Part shown: positions 18,527 to 26,186 of the stretch, piece after piece | Position numbering within the stretch: position 1 is the stretch's first letter | Layout of the letters: each line of letters begins with the position of its first letter | From: Candidatus Saccharimonadota bacterium | GTDB lineage: Bacteria > Patescibacteriota > Saccharimonadia > Saccharimonadales > Saccharimonadaceae | Direction of reading: 5' to 3' | Length of the DNA: 32,000 bases | NCBI GenBank assembly: GCA_017511645.1 | Contig: JAFWJH010000003.1 | Span: forward strand, 70,297-102,296 | Made by a program: the position numbers and the translations under genes | Notes under the pieces: generated by a model | What the model saw: the letters and a program-made list of their open reading frames with translations, nothing else | Database searches by the model: none | Told to the model about the DNA's origin: nothing

Positions 18527-19665
18527 AACCAATTCGAAAAATCACAAATATAGAGCAATTATATGAGGATGTACAGAGCGCAACCAATGCATATGCAATA
18601 CAGTTCATTCTAAAAACTAGCAGCATTAAAAATAAAGATATAATTGAATGTGTAATTAGGCGAGTAATAAAAGAATGCCCAGAATTTAATGTCTATCTAA
18701 GAAGGGGTAAATTTTATCCACAGCAGCATCCAATCAGTATCCAAGATATTAAAATCAAGGATTCTATTGTCTATAGTCTAGATTTATTTAATCAAAAAAT
18801 AGATCTAATTAGCCACTCAATGGAAGTCTATCTTGTGAAGGCGCCCAAGAGCGATTATTTAGTGTTTCGATTCGCCCATTCGGCAATGGACGGAAAGAGT
18901 GCCCTTCTTTTTATGCAAAACATTGTAAATCTACTAGGCGGGAAAAAGCCACTAAAATGCAAAAAAGCTATCTCCGAGAAAGATTTCTTAAAGAAACTAG
19001 ACTACTACAAGAAGAAAGAACCAAAATTACCCCGAATTATCCATGACGAAGCGTCGATTATCAAACAATACACGACAAGGTGGCAAGTCGTACAATTAGA
19101 CAAGTATGTTTCGGGTATTATAGCCAAACTTTCGTGCCTTTTAGCTCGGGAATTTGAAAGCGACCGGATAAGAGTAATGGTGCCTGTAGATTTAAGACGT
19201 CACGACGGCAACAATCCATATATAGGCAATCTGACCTTGCCAGTTTTTCTAGATGTAGATAAGAGCGATAGTTATACCAAGATTAATGGTGAGCTGTTGT
19301 ATAGCTTGAAGAACAGCAAAGAGTTAAACATCGGCAATACTTTGAACAATTATTATTGTCGTATGCCAAGTTTGTTGCGAAAGACGGGCGTAAAAATTGG
19401 ATGCATGGCAAGTCGACACTACAATAAATTTTCCGTCGGCGCCGTCATATCGCATTTAGGCAGAATAGATTTAAATGAATATTCCAATAAATATTTTAAA
19501 GCTAAAGATTTCGTAGACTTATCAATACAACAACCTCTAGGTGCATTCTCGATAGTTATAGTAGAATGTTCCCATAAGACAAATATCAGTATAGGTTACT
19601 ACGGAGATCAATTCACTGAAGAATATATGAAGTCTCTCATAAAAAAGATAGAGAGGTTAGCATGA
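18523..19665 (+). CDS. HxxxDG acyltransferase (condensation / alcohol acyltransferase / WS-DGAT-like superfamily)
   Basis: 'LVFRFAHSAMDGKSALLFMQNIVNLL': HxxxDG catalytic motif; about 380-aa two-lobed architecture implied. Confidence 0.72.
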   Translation: MKPIRKITNIEQLYEDVQSATNAYAIQFILKTSSIKNKDIIECVIRRVIKECPEFNVYLRRGKFYPQQHPISIQDIKIKDSIVYSLDLFNQKIDLISHSMEVYLVKAPKSDYLVFRFAHSAMDGKSALLFMQNIVNLLGGKKPLKCKKAISEKDFLKKLDYYKKKEPKLPRIIHDEASIIKQYTTRWQVVQLDKYVSGIIAKLSCLLAREFESDRIRVMVPVDLRRHDGNNPYIGNLTLPVFLDVDKSDSYTKINGELLYSLKNSKELNIGNTLNNYYCRMPSLLRKTGVKIGCMASRHYNKFSVGAVISHLGRIDLNEYSNKYFKAKDFVDLSIQQPLGAFSIVIVECSHKTNISIGYYGDQFTEEYMKSLIKKIERLA

Positions 19666-20081
19666 AAAGTCAAAATTGCCGAGTCGTTAATGGGCTAGTA
19701 ATTCATCACATAGGAGTTGCCACCAATAATTTAGATGAATTAACGGACGAATATCTGCGGGATGGTTATCAAATTACAAACGAGGTCTATGACCCCGGAC
19801 AAAAGGCTAAGTTGCGGTTACTTAGTAAGGATAATCAAAACAGCATAGAGCTAATATATACAGATAATCCAGAATCGCGAGTTTTCAATTTGTCACACAA
19901 CAACTATAAGAAAGAATACCACACCTGTTTTAAAATAAACAATCTTGATCGCGCCATTAAAGTATTCAAAAAAGATGGCTATTCTTTAATCACTAATATT
20001 GAAATAGCTAAATTGTTCAATGGCAGGATATGCTTTATGTACAAGAGCGGTAAACTAATAGAATTAATGGAGGAAATATGA
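19662..20081 (+). CDS. VOC/glyoxalase superfamily protein (methylmalonyl-CoA epimerase-like fold)
   Basis: 'NGLVIHHIGVATNNLDELTDEYLRDGYQ...NSIELIYTDN': N-terminal metal-ligand His and Glu positions typical of VOC. Confidence 0.75.
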   Translation: MKSQNCRVVNGLVIHHIGVATNNLDELTDEYLRDGYQITNEVYDPGQKAKLRLLSKDNQNSIELIYTDNPESRVFNLSHNNYKKEYHTCFKINNLDRAIKVFKKDGYSLITNIEIAKLFNGRICFMYKSGKLIELMEEI

Positions 20082-21649
20082 AAAAGATTTACTGTTATCG
20101 TGATACCGCAATTGAATACTTATTCAAAGACGTAGAAACTATATCGTATAGCGCATATGGTGATATTAAACTATTGAACGACGACACAGATATAATGATT
20201 TTCTATATGCTACCATATGATTATTCTATTAAAGATTTAGTGTCGACGATTAATAGCTATTTTGAACGAGCGAAATACATCATAAACAATTATCCAAATA
20301 GGACAATATTTGCAATAACCCTACATAATTATTTTTACGAATCATTCGTTTTCGGAAATAATGAATTAGAGAAAGCTATTAACTCATATAATGAATATCT
20401 ATATAGCCAGAAAAATGTCAGGGTTATAGATATAGCGCCATTTTATAATAATCATAACGACGTATTTAACCCAAAGTATTATTACTTATATAATGCAATA
20501 ATAAACCCGTCTCTTGCGAAAGATTTTCGGCGTTTTATTTTAGATAAGATGGCGCTGTTTCGAGGAACTCGAAAAAAATGCCTAATCCTAGATTTAGATA
20601 ATACTTTGTGGGGTGGTATTCTGGGTGAAGACGGATTGGCAAATTTACAAATCAGCGGCTCCTATCCAGGCAATTGTTTTCATAGTTTTCAACAAATGGT
20701 TTTGGAGCTAAAAAATCAAGGTATTCTGCTAGGGATTTGCAGCAAAAATAACTATAATGATGTAGTCCTGTGCTTCGAAAAAAGAGATGATTTGGTATTG
20801 TCTCTGGATGATTTTGCTGCCAAAAAGATAAATTGGTCAGAAAAAAGACTTAATATTTCTGAATTAGCCAAGGAACTGAATATTGGTTTAGATAGCATTG
20901 TTTTTATAGATGATAGCCCAGCAGAAAGAGAAAACGTAAAAGCATTGGATGGGGTCACAGTCTTAGACTTCCCAGATTCGCCCTATAAAATGGTTGGGCA
21001 CTTCGCCAAAGATTTTTATAGATATTTCGGAACATATCTACTAACAGAAGACGACGTAAATAAAAATATTTACTATAAACATAAAACGGAAAGTGAAGAG
21101 TTGAGAAGCAGAGTCGAAAACGAGGATGAGTTTATAAAAAAATTGAAAATCAAAATAGCCTACGAGACCATAGACGACAATAATAGCGACAGAATCGCTC
21201 AACTGATCAATAAAACGAATCAGTTCAATTTAACAACTAGGCGTTACGATAAAACCGAATTAGCTAATATGACTGACGCGCTAATAATAGCAATAAAAGT
21301 AAGCGATAAATTCGGAGATCTTGGCCTTACCGGAGTTGCAATAGTTAGAAAAAACAAAGAAGAAGCAACTATAGATACATTTTTAATGAGTTGCAGAATA
21401 TTAGGCAGAAAAATTGAGCGAGAGTTTCTAAAAATCGTATTAAATGAACTAAAAATATTAGGGGTTAAAACGGTCATAGGCGAGTACATAGATAGCAAAA
21501 AGAACGAGCAGACTAAAACATTCTATAGTGATAATGGATTTCGAAAAGTTCCAAATCATTCTCGTGAGGTTCAGCGTTTCAAATACACGCTAACTAAACC
21601 GTTGAAGTATAATAATAATTACATAGTGGAGAAAAAAGATGGAAAATAG
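20078..21649 (+). CDS. FkbH-like HAD-IIIC protein (glyceryl-ACP synthase candidate)
   Basis: 'KKCLILDLDNTLWGGILGEDGLANLQIS', 'KNQGILLGICSKNNYNDV', 'INWSEKRLNISELAKELNIGLDSIVFIDDSPAERENV', plus C-terminal GNAT-like domain. Confidence 0.92.
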   Translation: MKKIYCYRDTAIEYLFKDVETISYSAYGDIKLLNDDTDIMIFYMLPYDYSIKDLVSTINSYFERAKYIINNYPNRTIFAITLHNYFYESFVFGNNELEKAINSYNEYLYSQKNVRVIDIAPFYNNHNDVFNPKYYYLYNAIINPSLAKDFRRFILDKMALFRGTRKKCLILDLDNTLWGGILGEDGLANLQISGSYPGNCFHSFQQMVLELKNQGILLGICSKNNYNDVVLCFEKRDDLVLSLDDFAAKKINWSEKRLNISELAKELNIGLDSIVFIDDSPAERENVKALDGVTVLDFPDSPYKMVGHFAKDFYRYFGTYLLTEDDVNKNIYYKHKTESEELRSRVENEDEFIKKLKIKIAYETIDDNNSDRIAQLINKTNQFNLTTRRYDKTELANMTDALIIAIKVSDKFGDLGLTGVAIVRKNKEEATIDTFLMSCRILGRKIEREFLKIVLNELKILGVKTVIGEYIDSKKNEQTKTFYSDNGFRKVPNHSREVQRFKYTLTKPLKYNNNYIVEKKDGK

Positions 21650-21854
21650 AATAAAAGAAATAATGGAACAGACATTTAGGCAAAGTATAAACGACAACTT
21701 CTCTAAAAATGATACTGACAAATGGGACTCGTTTACTCATTTAGATCTGATTGTAAAATTAGAACAGGAGTTTAAAATTTCTTTTTCACCAGAAGAGATA
21801 GGAAGCATTGAATCTTATAATGATATAAAAAAGATTATTAAGAGTAAGTTCTAA
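21639..21854 (+). CDS. Acyl carrier protein (2), FkbH partner
   Basis: 71 aa, 'DKWDSFTHLDLIVKLEQEFKISFSPEEI': DS(F) phosphopantetheine motif. Confidence 0.85.
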   Translation: MENRIKEIMEQTFRQSINDNFSKNDTDKWDSFTHLDLIVKLEQEFKISFSPEEIGSIESYNDIKKIIKSKF

Positions 21855-21857
21855 AAG

Positions 21858-22379
21858 ATGAAAGTCTACATAACGCGAATTAAAAACGGAGATCGTAAAA
21901 CATTATCTAGCCAAATATTGAAATATTCATATAGAGATACATATGGCAGAAATATAAATATTGCAAAAATTCACAAAGGCGAATACGGGAAACCCTATTA
22001 TGACAATAATTTCTACTATAATATCAGCCATTCCAAAAATTTTCTTTGTATAGCGACGGACGAAAACGAGATTGGAATAGATATAGAAGAGTCGCGGTCT
22101 GTCAACTCCAATCTTTCGAAAAGGATTCTGGCAAAAGATGAGGATGTCATCGATGAAGACATTTTAAATAATTGGGTGATTAAGGAAGCTTACAGTAAAT
22201 ATCTAGGTCTCGGTCTTAATGTTGATTTTCGCGATATATCTACAAGCGATATTATGGGGCATGAAAATGTCACCAATTTATCTACGAACGACTATGTTTG
22301 TTTTGTTATTTCAAAAAAACCATCAGATATTAAGGTAACTTACCTAAAAGAAGAGGATTTAGTCAAAGCTGGTTGTTGA
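21858..22379 (+). CDS. Sfp-type 4'-phosphopantetheinyl transferase
   Basis: 'YYNISHSKNFLCIATDENEIGIDIEESR', 'WVIKEAYSKYLGLGL': GxD and WxxKEAxxK-like motifs. Confidence 0.9.
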   Translation: MKVYITRIKNGDRKTLSSQILKYSYRDTYGRNINIAKIHKGEYGKPYYDNNFYYNISHSKNFLCIATDENEIGIDIEESRSVNSNLSKRILAKDEDVIDEDILNNWVIKEAYSKYLGLGLNVDFRDISTSDIMGHENVTNLSTNDYVCFVISKKPSDIKVTYLKEEDLVKAGC

Positions 22380-22545
22380 TAAAAGCATTCAATGCTTCTC
22401 TAATCCCACATCCTGGGCAAATCTTGGTTTTGTTGTCCTTGCGCGATAGCGCAGGGTAATCTAAATAATATTTTCCGCATTCAGGGCATTTATGGCCCTC
22501 CTGAGCGGCTTTTAAGTCAGAGTAGGGTGTTTTACCGTATTTCAT
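22363..22545 (-). CDS. Small zinc-ribbon-like protein
   Basis: 60 aa with CPECGKYYLDYP...KICPGCGIREAL (two CxxC pairs); 4-nt overlap with the upstream minus-strand ORF. Confidence 0.6.
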   Translation of the reverse strand: MKYGKTPYSDLKAAQEGHKCPECGKYYLDYPALSRKDNKTKICPGCGIREALNAFINNQL

Positions 22546-22841
22546 AAATCCACCGAGCAGACACGCGTTAAACCGAATTTATGCCCCAATTCCTCCCACA
22601 TACTATCGGGCGCATCCTCTTCCAGGACTCGCCAGACCGGGTAATTATAGTCGAGCATAATTTTTGCAACATCTTTTGGATCCACCATTAGTTGGCAATA
22701 GTAGCCAGCTGTAGTTTCGCCTTCAATTATAATTGGATCATTTTCTTCAGTCTTTAATACTTCTTCCAAGTACTTATATTCGACCGCAATAGCTTCATTT
22801 ACGAGCTTAACGGCAGGTGCTAATTTATCATCTTTTTCCAT
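22542..22841 (-). CDS. Hypothetical protein (likely start at the internal Met, 99 aa)
   Basis: ORF track starts at 22892 with a poor N-terminus overlapping a putative promoter; MEKDDKLAPAVKLVNEAIAVEYKYLEEV is more plausible. Overlaps the zinc-ribbon gene by 4 nt. Confidence 0.5.
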   Translation of the reverse strand: MEKDDKLAPAVKLVNEAIAVEYKYLEEVLKTEENDPIIIEGETTAGYYCQLMVDPKDVAKIMLDYNYPVWRVLEEDAPDSMWEELGHKFGLTRVCSVDL

Positions 22842-22898
22842 AATGTTTGTATTTAACCTTATTCTGTAAATTTTACAAGTCAAAAAAAACAAATAACG

Positions 22899-22977
22899 TG
22901 CTATAATAGAATCAGCTTCGAGTTAGAGATGCTCTCGGAGCCCAAGCAATGCGGCAGTAGAATGCTCGCATTTTTTA
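22899..22977 (+). promoter_or_regulatory. Promoter (GTGCTATAAT) plus short transcript ending in an intrinsic terminator (attenuator or sRNA candidate)
   Basis: TGCTATAATAG; AATGCG(22948-22953)/CGCATT(22967-22972) hairpin followed by TTTTTT. Confidence 0.5.
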
Positions 22978-23051
22978 TTTATACACGCGTTTATCAAATT
23001 GCGGGATAAATTGCGTCACTAAAGCCTAAGAGGCTACGCAAGGAGTTCTTT

Positions 23052-23192
23052 ATGGACGAAGACAAAGAAGCGTCCACGGCTATCGCCAGTCTGTTTAACG
23101 TTCTGAAAAACATTAAAGTCACGCCAGAACGCATAGCACAAAATCAATGGAAATCGGTGGGCAAAAATGGCGAAGTTGAATTTTACTATTAA
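23052..23192 (+). CDS. Small ORF, 46 aa
   Basis: AGGAG RBS followed by ATG: MDEDKEASTAIASLFNVLKNIKVTPERIAQNQWKSVGKNGEVEFYY*; own terminator downstream. Below the ORF-track length cutoff. Confidence 0.5.
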   Translation: MDEDKEASTAIASLFNVLKNIKVTPERIAQNQWKSVGKNGEVEFYY

Positions 23193-23215
23193 AACAAATA
23201 TAATTCACAAAATCT

Positions 23216-23246
23216 AAAATCTCTAGTCAAAAGGCTAGAGATTTTT
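23216..23246. terminator. Rho-independent terminator
   Basis: AAAATCTCTAG-TCAAAAGG-CTAGAGATTTT, 11-bp perfect stem with A/T flanks. Confidence 0.75.
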
Positions 23247-23282
23247 ATATTAAGCGGCCGCCTAGCATTTCCACCTCTGTTA

Positions 23283-23291
23283 TGATATAAT
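23283..23291 (+). promoter_or_regulatory. Extended -10 promoter (TGATATAAT) for the serine recombinase
   Basis: TTATGATATAATAAAATC immediately upstream of the recombinase start. Confidence 0.6.
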
Positions 23292-23298
23292 AAAATCA

Positions 23299-24963
23299 AT
23301 GAAAAGCAAATCAATTGTGGCAATAAAAACCGATATAGACGAGCAGCCATTGCTTCGCTATGTCCTTTATGCACGCAAATCCTCTGAAGATGTCGGCGCA
23401 CAAGCTAAATCTCTTCCTGATCAGATTAAAGATTGCTTAGCTTATGCAGAAACTCATGGCTTGGTCGTCGTGGATATTTTAAAAGAGTCTCATTCGGCTA
23501 AAATCTCCGGGCGTCGACCGATATTTTCCAAAATGCTAAAAGATCTTGAGGTCGGCAAGTATGACGGCATTCTTACCTGGCACCCAGACCGCCTTGCGAG
23601 AAATTCACTCGAAGCCGGAATGATTGTCGACATGGTAGATAACGGCGTAATCAAAGACCTTAAATTTCCGATGTTTAATTTTACGAATGACTCAAATGCA
23701 AAACTACTCCTTAACATCGTTTTTGCAATGTCCAAGCAATATTCAGAACATTTAAGCGAGAGTGTCCAACGCGGCGTCAACTCTAACCTCGCCCAAGGAA
23801 AATCTGGCGGTATGCCAAAATGGGGCTATAACCGCGACGAAGTAACAGGGTTTTATGAACCAGACCAGAATTTCGACATCATTAGGCGAGGATTCGATAT
23901 GTACCTTGAAGGTTATAGCCAAAGAGATATTATTGATTTCTGGCGACAAAACGATGTTCATCGTATGACGAAAATTAATCGTAAAAACAAAAATAAACGA
24001 AAAATTACCGTATATAACAGCGTCTCGGTTCTTGGTACGATCTTAAGTGATCCATTTTATTATGGTATCCTTGTCCAGGGCGGGCAGAGGGTAGATTTAC
24101 GTGAAATATTACCAGATTTCAAGCCGATGATAACTGAAGAGGAGTTCGGATTAATTCAAGCAAAACGTAGGAAGCTCAAAAAAGTTGTCTCTGCTTCCGT
24201 AAAAGCCGAAGAAGGTAAAGTATTTATCCCATTCCGTCAGATGGTAAAATGTGGTGAATGTGGTAATTTTATGCACGTAGCACGCTCAAAATCACGTACT
24301 GGTAAGAAATATCTCTACTTCCGCTGCGGAAATCCGGAATGCAGCAGAAAACAAAAAAGCGTTCGCGCGCAAGTAGTTTTAGATGCTTTATATAGGACGC
24401 TTGATAACCTACGTTTCACGAAAAGAGACATTTCAAAAATCCAAAATAGTTTAACGAATTATATAAACGTTCGCCATAACGAGCTGACTACGGAGAAACT
24501 TCGCGTCAATGCGGCCATAAAAGCCAAGAAGCGTCGCCAAGATGAATTGGCTCAGGCTTTCATTGATCTCGGCAAAGATGCGCCAAAAGAGGCTAAACAG
24601 ATGGTGAGTGAACAGCTTGAAGAATGCCGGAACGATATAGCAACTTTGCAGACTGAGCGTGATGAGATTGAAGCTAAAATCTTCGATCCAGACCAAGTTC
24701 GCGAAATTCTGGATGAGCTTACGAACCAGCTGGATTCCATCGGTGACAAGATGAAATCTGGCGATTCCTGGCAAAAAGACCAGTTGGCCCGAAATATGCT
24801 TGCGAACCTAGAAATTTCCAATAAAAATGAGGTTTCTTTCAGATGGAAGAAACCTCTAAAGCACATATTTAGCAATGCTTCAACCGAAGAATTTCGGCCT
24901 GGTGCGCGCGACTGGACTCGAACCAGCACAGCCGTAAATGTGGCCACTACCACCTCAAGGTAG
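23299..24963 (+). CDS. Large serine recombinase / site-specific integrase
   Basis: 'LRYVLYARKSSEDVGAQAKSLPDQI', 'GILTWHPDRLARNSLEAGMIVDMVD', recombinase domain 'NFDIIRRGFDMYLEGYSQRDI', zinc beta ribbon 'CGECGNFMHVARSKSRTGKKYLYFRCGNPEC', C-terminal coiled coil. Confidence 0.95.
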   Translation: MKSKSIVAIKTDIDEQPLLRYVLYARKSSEDVGAQAKSLPDQIKDCLAYAETHGLVVVDILKESHSAKISGRRPIFSKMLKDLEVGKYDGILTWHPDRLARNSLEAGMIVDMVDNGVIKDLKFPMFNFTNDSNAKLLLNIVFAMSKQYSEHLSESVQRGVNSNLAQGKSGGMPKWGYNRDEVTGFYEPDQNFDIIRRGFDMYLEGYSQRDIIDFWRQNDVHRMTKINRKNKNKRKITVYNSVSVLGTILSDPFYYGILVQGGQRVDLREILPDFKPMITEEEFGLIQAKRRKLKKVVSASVKAEEGKVFIPFRQMVKCGECGNFMHVARSKSRTGKKYLYFRCGNPECSRKQKSVRAQVVLDALYRTLDNLRFTKRDISKIQNSLTNYINVRHNELTTEKLRVNAAIKAKKRRQDELAQAFIDLGKDAPKEAKQMVSEQLEECRNDIATLQTERDEIEAKIFDPDQVREILDELTNQLDSIGDKMKSGDSWQKDQLARNMLANLEISNKNEVSFRWKKPLKHIFSNASTEEFRPGARDWTRTSTAVNVATTTSR

Positions 24964-24990
24964 CGTGTCTACCAATTCCACCACGCGCGC
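24900..24990 (-). tRNA. tRNA-Leu (anticodon GAG), CCA encoded
   Basis: Reverse complement GCGCGCGTGGTGGAATTGGTAGACAC-GCTACC-TTGAGGT-GGTAG...GCTGGTTCGAGTCCAGTCGCGCGCACCA; 7-bp acceptor stem, long variable arm, T loop TTCGAGT. Confidence 0.93.
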
Positions 24991-25005
24991 AAAATCAAAG
25001 TACAA

Positions 25006-25018
25006 GTTATATTATAAC
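25006..25018 (-). promoter_or_regulatory. Putative -10 region for tRNA-Leu
   Basis: Minus-strand GTTATAATATAAC, about 16-20 bp upstream of the tRNA 5' end. Confidence 0.4.
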
Positions 25019-25092
25019 ATATCTTGAGATTTTTGGGCGATTTTCACAGAACACATCTTGGCCGTGTTATAATGAAGTAAACAAGGAGGTAA

Positions 25093-26136
25093 ATGAAGAA
25101 AACTTTTACTAAGTTTGCAGTGGTCGTAGTGCTAGGAATGTTGATATTGTCTGGCATAGTAATACCAGTAGGATTAACCTATGCCGAAGAGGATGAGGGG
25201 ACTGGGGGCGATACCATTGGTACAAGTATTAGTATTTCTCCAGTAAGCAAGGTTTTGCAGTTGAGCGCTAATTCGACCTACGATGACGTATTGAGCGTCA
25301 CCAATGACGGCAGTGAGAAAATCAGATTTGAGGTTTATGCGGCACCATATTCATATGTATATTCAGAGGAAAACGACACCTATACACTCGGGTTTAGCAA
25401 AGAAAGCGACTATACCCAAATTGCACGATGGATTAGCATAAAGGATAGAAACGAAAATTACACCACTAAGCCAATATTTACTGCTGAGCCAGGTGAAACG
25501 GTGGAGGTATCTTACCGAGTAACTACCCCGAGTAGCATACCAGATGGTGGTCAGTATGCAGTGTTGTTCGCACACACTTTATCGGATCCGTCCGACACTA
25601 GCGGTATTAAAACCGAAGCCAGCCCTGGCATGGTGATTTATGGTAGATCCGATGGCGAAACGATTATCGCTTCTGAAATCTCTAATATGCAGATTAATCA
25701 AACCATCACTAGAGATACCGAAGTAGAAGAAAATGGTCAAACCGTTACTAAAGAAATGACACTGAATAATATCAATGCTTCGGCAAAAGTAAAAAATACC
25801 GGTAATCTAGATTTTAATGCGCACGGCGTATTAAGAGTGGAGGGGATACTAGGCGGAACATACTACGAGACACCCGAAAACGAGTCGCGGATCTCGGTGA
25901 TACCAGAAGCAGAGCTAACCCTGTCAGACGAATGGGAAGAAACGCCAGGCTTTGGTCTATACAGAGTAACCTGGACAGTAACAGCTGGCGATAAAACCGA
26001 AACTAACGAAATGGTATTATGCCTGATACCGCCATCCGTAATAATTATTAGCATAATCTTGTTGACAATCATAATTGTATGGATTATAATGGCCGTAAGG
26101 AGGCGCAGAGAACGCCGTTCTAGGTTTGCCGTCTAG
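25093..26136 (+). CDS. Secreted/anchored surface protein (signal peptide, beta-rich ectodomain, C-terminal TM + RRRRER)
   Basis: N-terminal signal sequence MKKTFTKFAVVVVLGMLILSGIV; repeated beta-strand-like 'SVTNDGSEKIRFEVYAAPYSY'; C-terminal hydrophobic helix then basic stop-transfer. Confidence 0.65.
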   Translation: MKKTFTKFAVVVVLGMLILSGIVIPVGLTYAEEDEGTGGDTIGTSISISPVSKVLQLSANSTYDDVLSVTNDGSEKIRFEVYAAPYSYVYSEENDTYTLGFSKESDYTQIARWISIKDRNENYTTKPIFTAEPGETVEVSYRVTTPSSIPDGGQYAVLFAHTLSDPSDTSGIKTEASPGMVIYGRSDGETIIASEISNMQINQTITRDTEVEENGQTVTKEMTLNNINASAKVKNTGNLDFNAHGVLRVEGILGGTYYETPENESRISVIPEAELTLSDEWEETPGFGLYRVTWTVTAGDKTETNEMVLCLIPPSVIIISIILLTIIIVWIIMAVRRRRERRSRFAV

Positions 26137-26186
26137 ACACGAGTTGCGCAACCAAAATAAAAACTAAAAATAAAAGAGTGTAGAGC

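Noticed and set aside
24451-24953. Minus-strand ORFs within the recombinase 3' part, including one reading RVQSRAPGRNSS through the tRNA
   Set aside because: They run through the tRNA-Leu gene and the recombinase coding strand; the typical false ORF reading created by a tRNA.
24900-24990. tRNA-Leu as a split or disrupted pseudogene caused by integration
   Set aside because: Acceptor stem, anticodon stem, variable arm, T-arm and CCA are all intact, so it looks functional.
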